Assembly: GCA_965237955.1 (NCBI GenBank)
Contig: OZ250169.1
Coordinates: forward strand, 2,784,001-2,848,000
Direction: 5' to 3'
From: Candidatus Marinacidobacterales bacterium
GTDB lineage: Bacteria; Acidobacteriota; Vicinamibacteria; Marinacidobacterales; SMYC01
Length of the DNA stretch: 64,000 nucleotides
A program made the translations under genes and the position numbers. A model generated the notes under the pieces. That model was given only the letters and a program-made list of their open reading frames with translations. It was not told the DNA's origin and ran no database searches. Positions within the stretch are counted from its first letter, which is position 1; each line of letters starts with the position of its first letter. Below, one piece after another: positions 1 through 10,547 of the stretch.

Positions 1-723
1 ATGTTCATGGTTGTCGTCGTTGGCGTGATCGTGTACGTGGAGCGGGCGCAGAGGCGCATCCCGGTTCAATACGCCAAGCGCGTCGTCGGGCGTCGCATGT
101 ACCAGGGACAATCCACTCACCTCCCGCTGAAAGTGAACACCGGCGGTGTCATCCCTGTCATCTTCGCGAGCTCGATCATCGCGCTACCGCAAACGTTCGC
201 TTCGATGTTCCCGAACAGCGTGTGGATGACGAACATCGCGACGCAGTTGGCGTGGGGAATGCCCCTGTACACGTTGCTCTACGTCGTCGCCATCGTCTTT
301 TTCTGTTACTTCTACACCGCTATCATTTTCAACCCCGATGACGTTGCCGACAACATGCGGAAGTACGGCGGCTACGTGCCTGGCATCCGGCCCGGCAAAC
401 GCACCGCGGAGTACATCGACACTATCCTCACCCGTCTCACCTTCGGCGGAGCGGTCTATCTCGCGGCGGTCTCGGTGCTTCCTGAGTTCATGATCGCGGG
501 TTTCCGCGTAGCGCCGATTCCGATCATCGGGCCCTTTCTGGACGGCCTCCTCCCCACGTGGATCACCGAAGGGCTTGGGATAACGTTCTACTTTGGTGGG
601 ACATCGCTCCTCATCATCGTGGGTGTCTCGATGGATACCGTGCAGCAAGTCGAGAGCCAGCTGATCATGAGGCACTACGACGGCTTCATGAAGCGCGGCC
701 GTATCCGGGGACGACGGGGCTGA
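1..723 (+). CDS. secY: Preprotein translocase subunit SecY (C-terminal part, runs off window start)
   Basis: Motifs [39 protein letters not shown]; lies upstream of adk. Confidence 0.98.
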   Translation: MFMVVVVGVIVYVERAQRRIPVQYAKRVVGRRMYQGQSTHLPLKVNTGGVIPVIFASSIIALPQTFASMFPNSVWMTNIATQLAWGMPLYTLLYVVAIVFFCYFYTAIIFNPDDVADNMRKYGGYVPGIRPGKRTAEYIDTILTRLTFGGAVYLAAVSVLPEFMIAGFRVAPIPIIGPFLDGLLPTWITEGLGITFYFGGTSLLIIVGVSMDTVQQVESQLIMRHYDGFMKRGRIRGRRG

Positions 724-727
724 CGTC

Positions 728-1324
728 ATGGTGAGATTGATTCTTCTCGGACCTCCCGGCGCGGGGAAGGGCACGCAAGCCGTGCGACTGGCGGATGAGT
801 TGAACGCTCCGCATATTTCCACCGGCGTCATCCTGCGCGAAGCTGCGGCTTGTGGAACCGAGCTCGGCAACAAGGCCAAGGAGATCATGGACCAAGGGCG
901 TCTCGTCGGTGACGACGTCATGCTCGGTATCATTCGCAAGAGGTTGGCCGAGGACGATTGCGCTAACGGCTACATCCTGGATGGCTTTCCGCGGACGATT
1001 CCGCAGGCTCGAGCCCTCGACGAGCTTCTCCACGAGCGAAGCGCTCCGCCGGTGGTCATCGCGAATCTCGAGCTCGACGAGGACGAGCTGCGGCGACGCA
1101 TCGCGGGCCGTCGCAGCGAGGACCAGCGGTCGGACGATAGCGAGGAGACGATGTTGCACCGCTTCGCCGTCTATCAGGAGCAGACGCGGCCGCTTTTGGA
1201 CTATTATGGGAGTCGCGTTTCGGCCCTCGACGGAAAAGGTAGTATCGACGACGTGTTCGAGCGTTTGTCGGATCTCCTGGCCTCGGCTTCGGCCTCGGCG
1301 GGAGAGGGACAGGCGGGCGCATGA
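728..1324 (+). CDS. adk: Adenylate kinase (short type without Zn-LID)
   Basis: GPPGAGKGTQ P-loop, LDGFPRT; position in spc operon. Confidence 0.97.
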   Translation: MVRLILLGPPGAGKGTQAVRLADELNAPHISTGVILREAAACGTELGNKAKEIMDQGRLVGDDVMLGIIRKRLAEDDCANGYILDGFPRTIPQARALDELLHERSAPPVVIANLELDEDELRRRIAGRRSEDQRSDDSEETMLHRFAVYQEQTRPLLDYYGSRVSALDGKGSIDDVFERLSDLLASASASAGEGQAGA

Positions 1325-2103
1325 TTCGACGTCGTTCCGACAAAGAGCTCGACAAGATGCACCAGGCCAATGCCATCGTGCTCCATACGCTCGAGCTCCT
1401 GAAGGCGGCCCTCGAGCCCGGCATGACCACCGTCGAGCTCGACCGGATCGCGTCCGACGCGCTCGCGCGTGAGGGCGCGAAGCCCGCGTTCAAAGGGTAT
1501 CGCGGGTTTCCGGCGTCTCTGTGTGTGTCGGTAAACGATGAAGTCGTGCATGGCATACCGTCGCCGGAACGCTCGCTGTCCGAAGGTGACATCGTGAGCC
1601 TCGACTTCGGCGCCATCGTCGACGGGTATTTCGGCGACAACGCGCTGACGGCAGGTGTGGGGGAGATATCGAAGGAGCTCGAAAGACTTCTAGAAGCAAC
1701 CGAGCAGGCTATGTTCAAAGGCATCGAGGCAATGGAGCCCGGAAATCACGTGTCGGACATCGGCTACGCGGTTCAATCGCACGCCGAACGGAACGGCTAT
1801 TCGGTGGTTCGTGACTTCGTTGGGCACGGGATTGGCCGTGCGCTCCACGAAGATCCTCCGGTGCCGAACTATGTTCAGGCGGGCCGCGATCCGCGCTTGA
1901 GAGCCGGGATGTGCCTAGCTATCGAGCCGATGGTGAACACCGGTGGCCATCACGTCAAAACACTGTCGGACAAGTGGACGGTGGTGACGGCAGATGGCGG
2001 CTTCTCGGCACACTTCGAGCGCTCGGTGGCGATTACGGATGCAGGACCTTGGATTCTCGCCGAGCCGCGATCCGTCTATTCCGAGGGGGCCCAAGTTGTC
2101 TAA
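1321..2103 (+). CDS. map: Type I methionine aminopeptidase
   Basis: [31 protein letters not shown] motifs. Confidence 0.97.
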   Translation: MIRRRSDKELDKMHQANAIVLHTLELLKAALEPGMTTVELDRIASDALAREGAKPAFKGYRGFPASLCVSVNDEVVHGIPSPERSLSEGDIVSLDFGAIVDGYFGDNALTAGVGEISKELERLLEATEQAMFKGIEAMEPGNHVSDIGYAVQSHAERNGYSVVRDFVGHGIGRALHEDPPVPNYVQAGRDPRLRAGMCLAIEPMVNTGGHHVKTLSDKWTVVTADGGFSAHFERSVAITDAGPWILAEPRSVYSEGAQVV

Positions 2104-2314
2104 AGAAGACGCCATTGAGGTCACGGCGACGGTGCTCGAGCCGCTTCCGAACGCGATGTTCAAGGTCGAGCTCGAGAACAAACATAAAGTTCTCGCACAC
2201 GTTTCGGGAAAGATGCGCAAGCATTTCATTCGCATCCTTCCCGGCGACAAAGTCTTGGTGGAGCTGTCCCCGTACGATTTGACGAGGGGACGGATCGTCT
2301 ACCGGTACAAGTGA
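2096..2314 (+). CDS. infA: Translation initiation factor IF-1 (TTG start)
   Basis: SKEDAIEV...[10 protein letters not shown]...SGKMR...RILPGDKV; 72 aa. Confidence 0.97.
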   Translation: MSKEDAIEVTATVLEPLPNAMFKVELENKHKVLAHVSGKMRKHFIRILPGDKVLVELSPYDLTRGRIVYRYK

Positions 2315-2342
2315 GCCGTTCTAGTTTGGCAAGGATAGAGTC

Positions 2343-2456
2343 ATGAAAGTCAGAGCGTCGGTGCGACGCATTTGCGCCAAATGCAAAATCATTCGCCGCA
2401 ACAGAGTCGTTCGGGTCATCTGCACCAACCCGAAGCACAAGCAGCGGCAGGGTTAA
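2343..2456 (+). CDS. rpmJ: 50S ribosomal protein L36 (not in ORF track, 37 aa)
   Basis: Manual translation [37 protein letters not shown]. Confidence 0.97.
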   Translation: MKVRASVRRICAKCKIIRRNRVVRVICTNPKHKQRQG

Positions 2457-2468
2457 GGAGAAGTTGAC

Positions 2469-2834
2469 GTGGCACGTATTGCCGGAGTTGATTTACCGCG
2501 TGAGAAGCGCATCGGCATCGGGCTGACTCATATTTACGGCATCGGGCATGTGCGCTCGGCTGTAATCCTCGAAAAGGCCGGTATCGACTTGATGACCAAA
2601 GTCAAAGAGTTGAGCGAGGAGCAAGTCAGTCAGATCAGTCGGACCATCGATGCCGAAGGTGGCGTCGAGGGTGACCTGCGCAAAGAAGTTTCTATGAACA
2701 TCAAACGGCTGATGGACGTCGGAGCCTATCGCGGACTTCGTCATCGCCGCTCTCTGCCAACCAGAGGCCAGCGCACCCACACCAACGCGAGGACGCGCAA
2801 AGGGCCGAAGCGCGGCCAACAGAGGAAGAGGTAG
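2469..2834 (+). CDS. rpsM: 30S ribosomal protein S13
   Basis: [10 protein letters not shown]...[23 protein letters not shown]. Confidence 0.98.
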   Translation: MARIAGVDLPREKRIGIGLTHIYGIGHVRSAVILEKAGIDLMTKVKELSEEQVSQISRTIDAEGGVEGDLRKEVSMNIKRLMDVGAYRGLRHRRSLPTRGQRTHTNARTRKGPKRGQQRKR

Positions 2835-2840
2835 TCTCGG

Positions 2841-3257
2841 ATGGCAAAGAAGAAGAAAAAGGACGACAAGAAGGGCAAACGCAAGACCTTCAAGAAGAAG
2901 GAAAAGCGTACGCTCCTGAGCGGCGTCGCGCACATCCAGGCGACGTTCAACAACACCCACGTGACGGTTGCCGATGCGGAAGGCAACGTGGTGGCTTGGG
3001 CGAGCGCCGGCGGCATGGGCTTCAAAGGCTCCCGCAAGGGAACGCCTTTCGCCGCCCAACAAGCCGCCAGCCAAGTAGCCCAGGCCGTCAAAGCCCTAGG
3101 CTGCAAAATCCTCGATGTCCGCGTAAAGGGACCGGGCTCCGGCCGAGAATCGGCAATCCGAGCACTACAAGCCTCGGGGATAACCGTCAAATCGATCCGA
3201 GACGTAACCCCCATCCCCCACAACGGCTGCCGCCCCCCCAAAAGACGGAGAGTATAG
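2841..3257 (+). CDS. rpsK: 30S ribosomal protein S11
   Basis: [41 protein letters not shown]. Confidence 0.98.
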   Translation: MAKKKKKDDKKGKRKTFKKKEKRTLLSGVAHIQATFNNTHVTVADAEGNVVAWASAGGMGFKGSRKGTPFAAQQAASQVAQAVKALGCKILDVRVKGPGSGRESAIRALQASGITVKSIRDVTPIPHNGCRPPKRRRV

Positions 3258-3334
3258 AAAGCAATGATTTTTCAAACAAGCACAGCGTGGCCGAGCAAGA
3301 AGCTGATGGCCGATGGCTGAATCCAAGGAGAACC

Positions 3335-3964
3335 ATGGCTAGGTATCGCGGTCCGGTCTGCCGGCTCTGCCGGCGAGAGGGGATGAAGCTCTTTCTGAAA
3401 GGGGAGCGATGCTTCGGTCCCAAGTGCGCCATCGAGAAGAGGAACTATGCTCCGGGCGCGCATGGCAAGGCGCGGCGCAGCCGAATCCAGGGCTATGGGC
3501 TTCAGCTTCGAGAGAAGCAAAAGGTCAAACGCACCTATGGCCTTCTGGAAAAACAATTCCGCCTCTACTTCGAGCGAGCTGAAAAAACTCGTGGCATTAC
3601 CGGTGAGATTCTGCTGCAATCGCTCGAGAGGCGCTTGGACAATACCGTCTACCGGCTCGGGTTCGCGACGTCGCGGCCCCAGGCACGGCTACTCGTGCGT
3701 CACGGCCATGTCCGTGTCGGTGAGCGGCGCGTCAACATCCCGTCCTATGCGGTGCGGGAGGGCGATGTCGTTGCGGTCGGTCCAAAATACGCGAAGCACG
3801 CTCGTTTCCAACACGCCGCCGAAGTCGGCAAGAGCCGCGGTGTGCCCAGGTGGTTGGAGCTTGGCGAAGAAGGTACATCGGGCAAGGTCGTCTCCTTGCC
3901 CGCTCGTGAGGACTTGGAGCTCTCTTTTCAAGAGCAGCTCATCGTCGAGCTCTACTCTAAATAA
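3335..3964 (+). CDS. rpsD: 30S ribosomal protein S4
   Basis: [37 protein letters not shown]; AAGGAG Shine-Dalgarno before ATG 3335. Confidence 0.98.
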   Translation: MARYRGPVCRLCRREGMKLFLKGERCFGPKCAIEKRNYAPGAHGKARRSRIQGYGLQLREKQKVKRTYGLLEKQFRLYFERAEKTRGITGEILLQSLERRLDNTVYRLGFATSRPQARLLVRHGHVRVGERRVNIPSYAVREGDVVAVGPKYAKHARFQHAAEVGKSRGVPRWLELGEEGTSGKVVSLPAREDLELSFQEQLIVELYSK

Positions 3965-3999
3965 GGTTTTCGCTCGACCAGAGGAGGTTTTTCGAAGGT

Positions 4000-4959
4000 A
4001 TGCTCTGGACAGGATTTCAAAAGCCCAAGCGGCTTGATGTGGATCGCTCTTCCCTGACCAACCACTATGGCCGGTTCTACGCCCAACCTTTCGAACGTGG
4101 TTTCGGAACCACGATCGGAAACGCGCTCCGGCGCGTGCTCCTGTCGTCCATCGAGGGAGCGGCCATCACCGCTGTCAAGATCGAAGGCGTGCTCCACGAG
4201 TTTTCTCCCATTCCGGGCGCGCTCGAGGACACGACCGAGATCATCCTCAACTTGAAACGGGTGCCGTTCAAACTACTGTCGACGGGCCCGAAAACGGTGA
4301 CGCTCCACGCCGAAGGCGAAGGCGTCGTCACCTCGGGTGACCTCGAGCTTCCGTCGGACGTCGAGGTTCTCAACAAAGACCTCGTCATCGCCAACCTGTC
4401 CCCGTCTGGCAAGCTCGGTCTCGAGATGCGTTTGAACGACGGTCGCGGGTACGTGTCCGCGGAGAAGAACTTCGACGACGATCTGACGATCGGCTTCATT
4501 CCGCTCGACTCGGTGCACTCGCCCATCAAGAAGGTCAACTACGTGGTTGAGGCCGCTCGCGTAGGCCAGGCCACCGACTACGACAAGCTGACCCTCGACG
4601 TGTGGACGAACGGCTGCGTGTCGCCGCAGGATGCTGTGGGTCTCGCGTCCAAGCTTCTCAAAGACCACTTGACCATCTTCGTCAACTTCGAAGAGGAGAG
4701 TCCGGTGGACGAAGCGGTGACCGAGACCGCGCGGGACGCCATTGCGGAGCACTTGAACCGCAGTGTCGATGAGCTCGAGCTCTCCGTGCGCTCTTACAAT
4801 TGTCTGAAAAACGCCGATATCAAGACGATCGGCGAGCTGGTGACGAAGACCGAATCGGAGATACTCAAGACCAAGAACTTTGGGCGGAAGTCCTTGAACG
4901 AGATCAAAGAGATCTTGGGCACGATGGGGCTTTCGCTGGGGATGAGAATCGAGTCATGA
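4000..4959 (+). CDS. rpoA: RNA polymerase subunit alpha
   Basis: [45 protein letters not shown]. Confidence 0.98.
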   Translation: MLWTGFQKPKRLDVDRSSLTNHYGRFYAQPFERGFGTTIGNALRRVLLSSIEGAAITAVKIEGVLHEFSPIPGALEDTTEIILNLKRVPFKLLSTGPKTVTLHAEGEGVVTSGDLELPSDVEVLNKDLVIANLSPSGKLGLEMRLNDGRGYVSAEKNFDDDLTIGFIPLDSVHSPIKKVNYVVEAARVGQATDYDKLTLDVWTNGCVSPQDAVGLASKLLKDHLTIFVNFEEESPVDEAVTETARDAIAEHLNRSVDELELSVRSYNCLKNADIKTIGELVTKTESEILKTKNFGRKSLNEIKEILGTMGLSLGMRIES

Positions 4960-5522
4960 GGCATCGCGTCGCTCACCGCAAGCTAAGCCGCACCACCGAG
5001 CACCGGCTCAGCTTGCTCCGCAACATGGCGGCTTCGCTGATCACCCACGAGCGCATACGCACCACCGTGGCGAAGGCCAAGGAACTGCGGCCGTTCGTGG
5101 AGAAGCTGGTCACGTTGGGAAAACGGGACTCCTTGCACGCTCGCCGGAGGGCACTTTCGATCCTTTCCAGCAAAACGGTGGTTCGCCGGCTCTTCAGTGA
5201 CGTCTCCCCGCGCTTTTCCGAGCGTCCGGGCGGGTATACCCGCATCTTGAAGCTTGGTCCGAGGCAGGGCGACGGCGCGCCCATGGCGTTCATCGAGTTT
5301 GTCGACTACGAGTTCAAGGGCGGCGCAGCTCCGGCACCCTCGACCAAGGCGAAGTCCAAGAAGAAGGACGAACCCGTCGAGCCTGTTGAACAAGAGGTTG
5401 AAGAGGTTGCCGACGTAGGGGAGCCCGAAGCCGAGAAGCCCGCCAAGAAGAAAGCAGCAAAGAAGAAAACCACCGCCAAGAAGGCGACCAAGAAAAAGAC
5501 GACAAAGAAGAAATCCAGCTAG
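4956..5522 (+). CDS. rplQ: 50S ribosomal protein L17 with long acidic then Lys/Ala-rich C-terminal extension
   Basis: [36 protein letters not shown]; ATG overlaps the rpoA stop. Confidence 0.97.
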   Translation: MRHRVAHRKLSRTTEHRLSLLRNMAASLITHERIRTTVAKAKELRPFVEKLVTLGKRDSLHARRRALSILSSKTVVRRLFSDVSPRFSERPGGYTRILKLGPRQGDGAPMAFIEFVDYEFKGGAAPAPSTKAKSKKKDEPVEPVEQEVEEVADVGEPEAEKPAKKKAAKKKTTAKKATKKKTTKKKSS

Positions 5523-5557
5523 TTGTTTCAACGGCGAAGTCGCAACCAAAAAAAACA

Positions 5558-5735
5558 AACGCAAAGGCGCCAAGACGCAAAGAAAGGGTCTGCGTTGCGC
5601 CTTGCGGCGCTTGTTTGGGCTCCCTACTTCCGTTTCGGCAGGAAACTTAGAAATCTCAGGAACTTGAGACGGGAGAGAGAAGTCGGCGTCGAAGGCGCTC
5701 CACTTTGCGCCCTTGCGACTCTGCGCCTTTGCGTT
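5558..5735. repeat. Intergenic REP-like inverted repeat (AACGCAAAGGCGC...GCGCCTTTGCGTT family)
   Basis: Inverted arms between convergent rplQ and the EF-G paralogue; same family at 10436-10516 and 20039-20071. Confidence 0.75.
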
Positions 5736-5766
5736 GAGACTATCTTCGCACGGGAGTGCGGCCAGT

Positions 5767-7845
5767 TTAATCCTTAGCTTCTTTTTCCGCTTTCCGCTCC
5801 GCGACGATTTTTGGGATCAAGTGCGTCGGCACCTCTTCGTAATGGGAGAACTCCATGTGGAAGGCGCCACGGCCACCGGTCATCGACGTGAGCGCCGGCT
5901 CGTAGCTGAGCATCTCCGCCATCGGTACCTGGGCTTTGATCGCCGTCGAATTGCCTTTGGTGTCCATCCCCTGGGTGCGGCCCCGCCGTGAGTTGAGATC
6001 GCCCATCACATCGCCGGTGTTGTCGTCGGGCACCGTGATCTCGACGTCCATGATCGGCTCGAGGAGCGTCGGCTTGCACTTTTGCATGGCCTCCTTGAAG
6101 GCCATCGACCCGGCGATCTTGAACGCCATTTCCGACGAATCCACGGCGTGGTGCTTACCGTCGAAAACCGTCGCTTTGAAGCCGACCATCGGATAGCCCG
6201 CCAGGAAGCCTTTCACCCGCTCCTCTTGAATTCCCTTTTCTACTGCAGGGATGAACTGCTTGGGGATGGCGCCGCCGAAGACTTCGTTGCCGAACTCGAA
6301 CTCTGAGCCGCCCTCGACGGGCTCGAACCGGACGTGGCAGTCAGCGAACTGACCGTGACCGCCGGTCTGTTTCTTGTGCCGCGCGTGCGTCTCGGTGCTG
6401 CCTCGAATCGTTTCTTTGTACGGCACTTTCGGCGGATGAAGCTCGACCTCTACGCCGAATTTCTCTTTTAGTCGCGACACCACGACCTCGATGTGCAGCT
6501 GACCGGTACCGGAGAGAAGGAGCTCGCTCTCACGGTGGAAGCGCAACATCAGGTCTTCTTCCGCCAAGCGCTGCAACGCTTGGCTGATCTTCTCTTCGTC
6601 ACCGCGCGACTTGGGCTCGATTGCGAAGCTGATGACCGGCTCGGGAAACTCGATCTTCTTGTAGATGATGGGAGCCGATTTGTCGGCGAGGGTGTCGCCA
6701 GTTTGGCTTTCTTTGAGCTTCGCCACCGATGCGAGGTCGCCGGCGTGCACTTCGTCGACAGGCTGGGACTCCTTGCCTTGCAAAAGCGCGAGACTCGCCA
6801 CCCGTTCCGCCGTGTCTTTTACGGTGTTCTGGTACGAGGAGTCGGGCTTCAGGACGCCGCTCATCACGCGGAACAAGCTGATGCGCCCGGCAAACGGATC
6901 GGCGATCGTCTTGAAGATATATGCCGAAGCGGGCTCGTCCACCGAGATCTTTCGCGTCACTTCGCCGCCACTCGCGTCCAAGCCGGTCACCTCGCCGCGA
7001 GCGTCGGGCGCTGGGCTGAGCGCGACGAGGACGTCCATGAGCGGTCGCACGGCGATGTTTCGCGCTCCCGCGCACGCGAGCACCGGGTAGATACTTCGGG
7101 CGAGGATCGCCTGTTTCAAACCATTGAGAAGCTCGTCCGCTGACAACTCGCCGGCTTCGAAATACTTTTCCATCAACGCGTCATCGACTTCGGCCACCAT
7201 CTCCATGAGCGCACCGCGGGCGGTGTCCGCCTCGTCTTTCATATCCGCCGGAACGTCTTGCTCCTCGAAGCCGCCTTGGTCGTCGCCCTTGAACACGTAC
7301 GCTTTCATCGTGGCGAGGTCGACGACGCCCTTGAAATCCTTCTCCGAGCCGATGGGGAGCTGAATAGGAACCGCGACCCGCCCGAAAGTCTCTCGAACGG
7401 AATCGAGCGAGCGCGAGAAGCTGGAGCGGTCTCGATCGAGTCGATTGATGACTATCATGCGCGCGAGTCCAAACTCGTCGGCGAATTCCCATACCTTCTC
7501 GGTTTGAACCTCGACACCAGCGACGCCGCACACGTTGACGAGAGCGGTATCCGCGACCTGGAGCGCCCCGCGCGCTTCCTGGATGAAGTTGCCGTAGCCC
7601 GGCGTATCGAGAATGTTGATCTTGGTCTTGTTCCACTCGTAGTGAGCCAGTGACGTGGAAAGGCTTATCTGGCGCGAGATTTCGTCCGCGTCGAAATCGG
7701 TGACGGCGTTCCCGTCCTCGACCTTCCCCATGCGATTGACGGCACCCGAGCCGTAGAGCATCGCGGACGTGAGTGAAGTCTTGCCGGAGCCGCCGTGACC
7801 CACGATGGCTACGTTGCGGATACCGGCAGTCTCGTAGATCTTCAT
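5767..7845 (-). CDS. fusA: Elongation factor G paralogue (EF-G2/FusA-like)
   Basis: GHGGSGKT, DTPGYGNF, NRLD, KKQTGGHGQF, HAVDSSEMAFKIA; 692 aa; located outside the str operon. Confidence 0.9.
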   Translation of the reverse strand: MKIYETAGIRNVAIVGHGGSGKTSLTSAMLYGSGAVNRMGKVEDGNAVTDFDADEISRQISLSTSLAHYEWNKTKINILDTPGYGNFIQEARGALQVADTALVNVCGVAGVEVQTEKVWEFADEFGLARMIVINRLDRDRSSFSRSLDSVRETFGRVAVPIQLPIGSEKDFKGVVDLATMKAYVFKGDDQGGFEEQDVPADMKDEADTARGALMEMVAEVDDALMEKYFEAGELSADELLNGLKQAILARSIYPVLACAGARNIAVRPLMDVLVALSPAPDARGEVTGLDASGGEVTRKISVDEPASAYIFKTIADPFAGRISLFRVMSGVLKPDSSYQNTVKDTAERVASLALLQGKESQPVDEVHAGDLASVAKLKESQTGDTLADKSAPIIYKKIEFPEPVISFAIEPKSRGDEEKISQALQRLAEEDLMLRFHRESELLLSGTGQLHIEVVVSRLKEKFGVEVELHPPKVPYKETIRGSTETHARHKKQTGGHGQFADCHVRFEPVEGGSEFEFGNEVFGGAIPKQFIPAVEKGIQEERVKGFLAGYPMVGFKATVFDGKHHAVDSSEMAFKIAGSMAFKEAMQKCKPTLLEPIMDVEITVPDDNTGDVMGDLNSRRGRTQGMDTKGNSTAIKAQVPMAEMLSYEPALTSMTGGRGAFHMEFSHYEEVPTHLIPKIVAERKAEKEAKD

Positions 7846-8039
7846 CGTGCCTCCGTCGGATGTGAGAGTTGCGGTTGGCTACCCAGCACCCGAGCCGGAC
7901 TCGGGCTCGTCCTCTCAGGACGTGATGATCCCTCTCGGACCTCCTCCAAACAACCACGGGAAGCCGCACCGTGGCGCTCCCCGGTGCAGTGGACACCGGT
8001 GGTTGGCGCCTGAAGGCTCCCGGGACGGGAATTATAGCA
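7846..8039 (-). promoter_or_regulatory. Extended -10 promoter (TGCTATAAT, 8031-8039) and ~180-nt structured 5' leader of the EF-G paralogue
   Basis: Consensus TGnTATAAT on the minus strand; five helices visible between 7889 and 8005. Confidence 0.5.
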
Positions 8040-8072
8040 CCATGCTCGGAAGGGAAGCCATTCAACTATAGT

Positions 8073-8957
8073 ATGGTTACTATCATGCGCGGTTCGGGCC
8101 TCTGGCGGTGGCGGCAGCCCAGCGCCGGACTCGCGTTTACCAGCCGCGCGATCGTGGCATTCAAGAACGGGCGTAAGAACGGGGGTGCACCTCGCTTCGA
8201 AAGAAAAGAGCTGCCCGACGGGCTCGTGGAGGTGTCCGCGACCACACCCAACATTCAGTCGGTGAGGGACCTCGCTCAGATCGCGGTGGCCGTGCTCGAC
8301 GCGGTGGGCGCCCGACGCGAGCGGCTGGCTCTTGCGCTGCCGGATCTCGCGATCACCACAGCGGTGTTTCCCGGCCGCGGCCGAGCTCCCGAGCGTGTGC
8401 TCAAAAAGGAGTTCGCCTCGATGCTGCCCTACTCCGTCGGCGAGGCGCGGTGCGACTTTTGGAGAGGTCGACACGACGAGGTTTTGGCCGCCGCTGTCCG
8501 AGAGATGGTGGCGCTCCAATACGAGCAAATCGTCGAAGCGGTCGAGTGTCGCCTCGCGTGGGTCGACGCCGTGAGCCTCGCCAGAATCCCGAGCTATTCG
8601 ACCCGTCCCTCGCGAAAAGGCGAGCTCGACGTTGATCTGCAGCTCTACGCCGGGCACTATTGCTTGACGGTGTTCCGCGAGGGTGAGCTCGTGGATGCGA
8701 GGACGAAACTGAGGACGGCGGGCGACGTCGAGTTCGTTTGCCGCGAAGTGCTCCGGGTCCCGGCGCTTCACGATAGTGCCGATAGTGATGCCCAAGATTC
8801 GATCGCCTCGCTCTGCCTATTCGGCGCCGACGCGGCTTCCGTCGCCGCGGCTCTCGAAGACTCTTCACGAGTTCGTGCCATTCGAATCGAGACCGATGAT
8901 GAGGACCGTCATCTGGAGTCTTCTCTAGAGACTCTCCTCGCTCGGGGAAGACCCTGA
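8073..8957 (+). CDS. Putative PilM/GspL-like pilus or secretion assembly protein
   Basis: First gene of a three-gene operon; LALPDLAI, VALQYEQIVE pattern; neighbours resemble PilN and PilO; start codon uncertain. Confidence 0.5.
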   Translation: MVTIMRGSGLWRWRQPSAGLAFTSRAIVAFKNGRKNGGAPRFERKELPDGLVEVSATTPNIQSVRDLAQIAVAVLDAVGARRERLALALPDLAITTAVFPGRGRAPERVLKKEFASMLPYSVGEARCDFWRGRHDEVLAAAVREMVALQYEQIVEAVECRLAWVDAVSLARIPSYSTRPSRKGELDVDLQLYAGHYCLTVFREGELVDARTKLRTAGDVEFVCREVLRVPALHDSADSDAQDSIASLCLFGADAASVAAALEDSSRVRAIRIETDDEDRHLESSLETLLARGRP

Positions 8958-8962
8958 GCGTC

Positions 8963-9490
8963 ATGAAGTCCGGAATCTATCTCGGTCCTCCCCTTGGACG
9001 TGCCCGCGGCCTCGGAAGACTTCTCGTTCTGTTCGGGGTGATAGGGACGCTGTTCCACCTCGGTATCTACCTTGGTCAGGTGCGCGAGCTCGATGCGGTT
9101 CGCTCTGATGTTGAGCGGCGCGAAGGTGCCGTCGCGAATGCGTCGTCCCGTGCCGAGGGCGAGCTTGCTGAGGGCGAGCGCGCGGTGCTCGCACGACTTC
9201 GCGCTCTGTCGGAGTCCGGAGCCCCGACGAGCATCCTGACGACGGAGTTGCTGCAGCTTATCGCAAACGCGCTCCCGGACGAGGTCGCGCTCATAGGCGT
9301 CAGCCTCGAGCCGTCCACATCGCCTCCGAGCTTGCTCGTGGAGGCCGTCGTCCGGCGGGAGGAAGATGTCACTGCGCTCGAAAGACGTATGGCCGCCTCG
9401 AGCCGGGTGGCCGCGACCAGGCTACTCGGAGAGCGGAGCGCTCCCGACGGCACGCTCTCGGTACGTTTACAAGTGGACTTGATCCCGTGA
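8963..9490 (+). CDS. PilN-like protein
   Basis: N-terminal TM helix, coiled coil, LLQLIANALPDEVALIGVSL core. Confidence 0.6.
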   Translation: MKSGIYLGPPLGRARGLGRLLVLFGVIGTLFHLGIYLGQVRELDAVRSDVERREGAVANASSRAEGELAEGERAVLARLRALSESGAPTSILTTELLQLIANALPDEVALIGVSLEPSTSPPSLLVEAVVRREEDVTALERRMAASSRVAATRLLGERSAPDGTLSVRLQVDLIP

Positions 9491-9497
9491 AGGCGCC

Positions 9498-10409
9498 ATG
9501 AGAGCGAAGACCATCGTAGTCTTCGGCCTCGTGCTGGTAAATGCCGCACTCGTGATCCTGCGCCAATCCGCGTCTGGCGAACGAGCTGCGCTCGTCGACG
9601 CCGCTTCGACGCTGTCCCGAGAAGCCGACCAGGCGCGACTCTCAACCGAGCGGAGGCGCGAGCTCGACGCGCTCGTCGTGAAAGCGAGATCTTACACCGA
9701 AGATCCACGAGATATCGGCGCGCTCCGAGACGTGCTCGTCGAAGCGGAACACGGTCTCTCGATCGACCGGTTGTCGCTCGATTTCCGTCCCGAGGAGCAG
9801 CTCCCGTCGGAGTTTGGTGGAAGTCGTGTCCACGCGAGCCTCCGGGGTCGATTCGAAGCCATTTACGACTACTTGGAGCGCATCGAAGCGATGGTCCTTC
9901 CGTTGTCGCCGGAGAACTTCACGCTACGGGGGGACGGCTCGAGCGTGACGCTCACGGTGCAGTGGGCGGCCCGCTGGCCGCTCGGGAACGAAGGCGCCTT
10001 CGAGCCGTCGCCAACGGAGGTGTCGAAGTTGAACGAGTGGCTCTCCGAGAAGCCGCGGCCTCGTCCCGAGCGAGATATCTTCTCGTTCCGCGGTGCCGAG
10101 GCGCCCATCGAGGCAGTCCTTTTGACCCAAGCTTCCGAGATTCCCCCTCCCGGGACTCCTCCCGAAGAGCTGGAGCAGGAGGTTGAGCCGGAACGACCTG
10201 TGTTGACCGGATTCGTGCTCGCGCGCCCGGAGCTCGAGCCCGACGTGCGGCGCCGCGTGCTTGCCGCTCTCCGCTACCAGGGCGAAGTGCGTCTCGTTAT
10301 GGTGGGCGATACGATCGGGGGCTACGTGGTCGACCGCATCGAGGCGAGAGACAGCGTTACGCTTACACGGGCGGATACGGGAGAGCGTATTCTTCTGACG
10401 TTCGAATAA
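9498..10409 (+). CDS. PilO-like protein fused to a PilP/GspC-like C-terminal domain
   Basis: TM + coiled coil + LRGRFEAIYDYLERIE; then RDIF, Pro-rich linker, VLTGFV...VMVGDTIGGYVVDRI. Confidence 0.5.
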   Translation: MRAKTIVVFGLVLVNAALVILRQSASGERAALVDAASTLSREADQARLSTERRRELDALVVKARSYTEDPRDIGALRDVLVEAEHGLSIDRLSLDFRPEEQLPSEFGGSRVHASLRGRFEAIYDYLERIEAMVLPLSPENFTLRGDGSSVTLTVQWAARWPLGNEGAFEPSPTEVSKLNEWLSEKPRPRPERDIFSFRGAEAPIEAVLLTQASEIPPPGTPPEELEQEVEPERPVLTGFVLARPELEPDVRRRVLAALRYQGEVRLVMVGDTIGGYVVDRIEARDSVTLTRADTGERILLTFE

Positions 10410-10435
10410 GAAAATGTTGATGAGCCGAAAAACAT

Positions 10436-10516
10436 AACGCAAAGGCGCCAAGGCGCAAAGTGTTCGGAGTCGCTTTGATTCAACTCGGCTTCTTTGCGCC
10501 CTTGCGCCTTTGCGTT
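10436..10516. repeat. REP-like inverted repeat (same family as 5558-5735)
   Basis: AACGCAAAGGCGCCAAGGCGCAAAG ... CTTTGCGCCCTTGCGCCTTTGCGTT between convergent genes. Confidence 0.75.
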
Positions 10517-10547
10517 TGTTTTTTTGGATCGTCCGGCGAGGCCTTCT

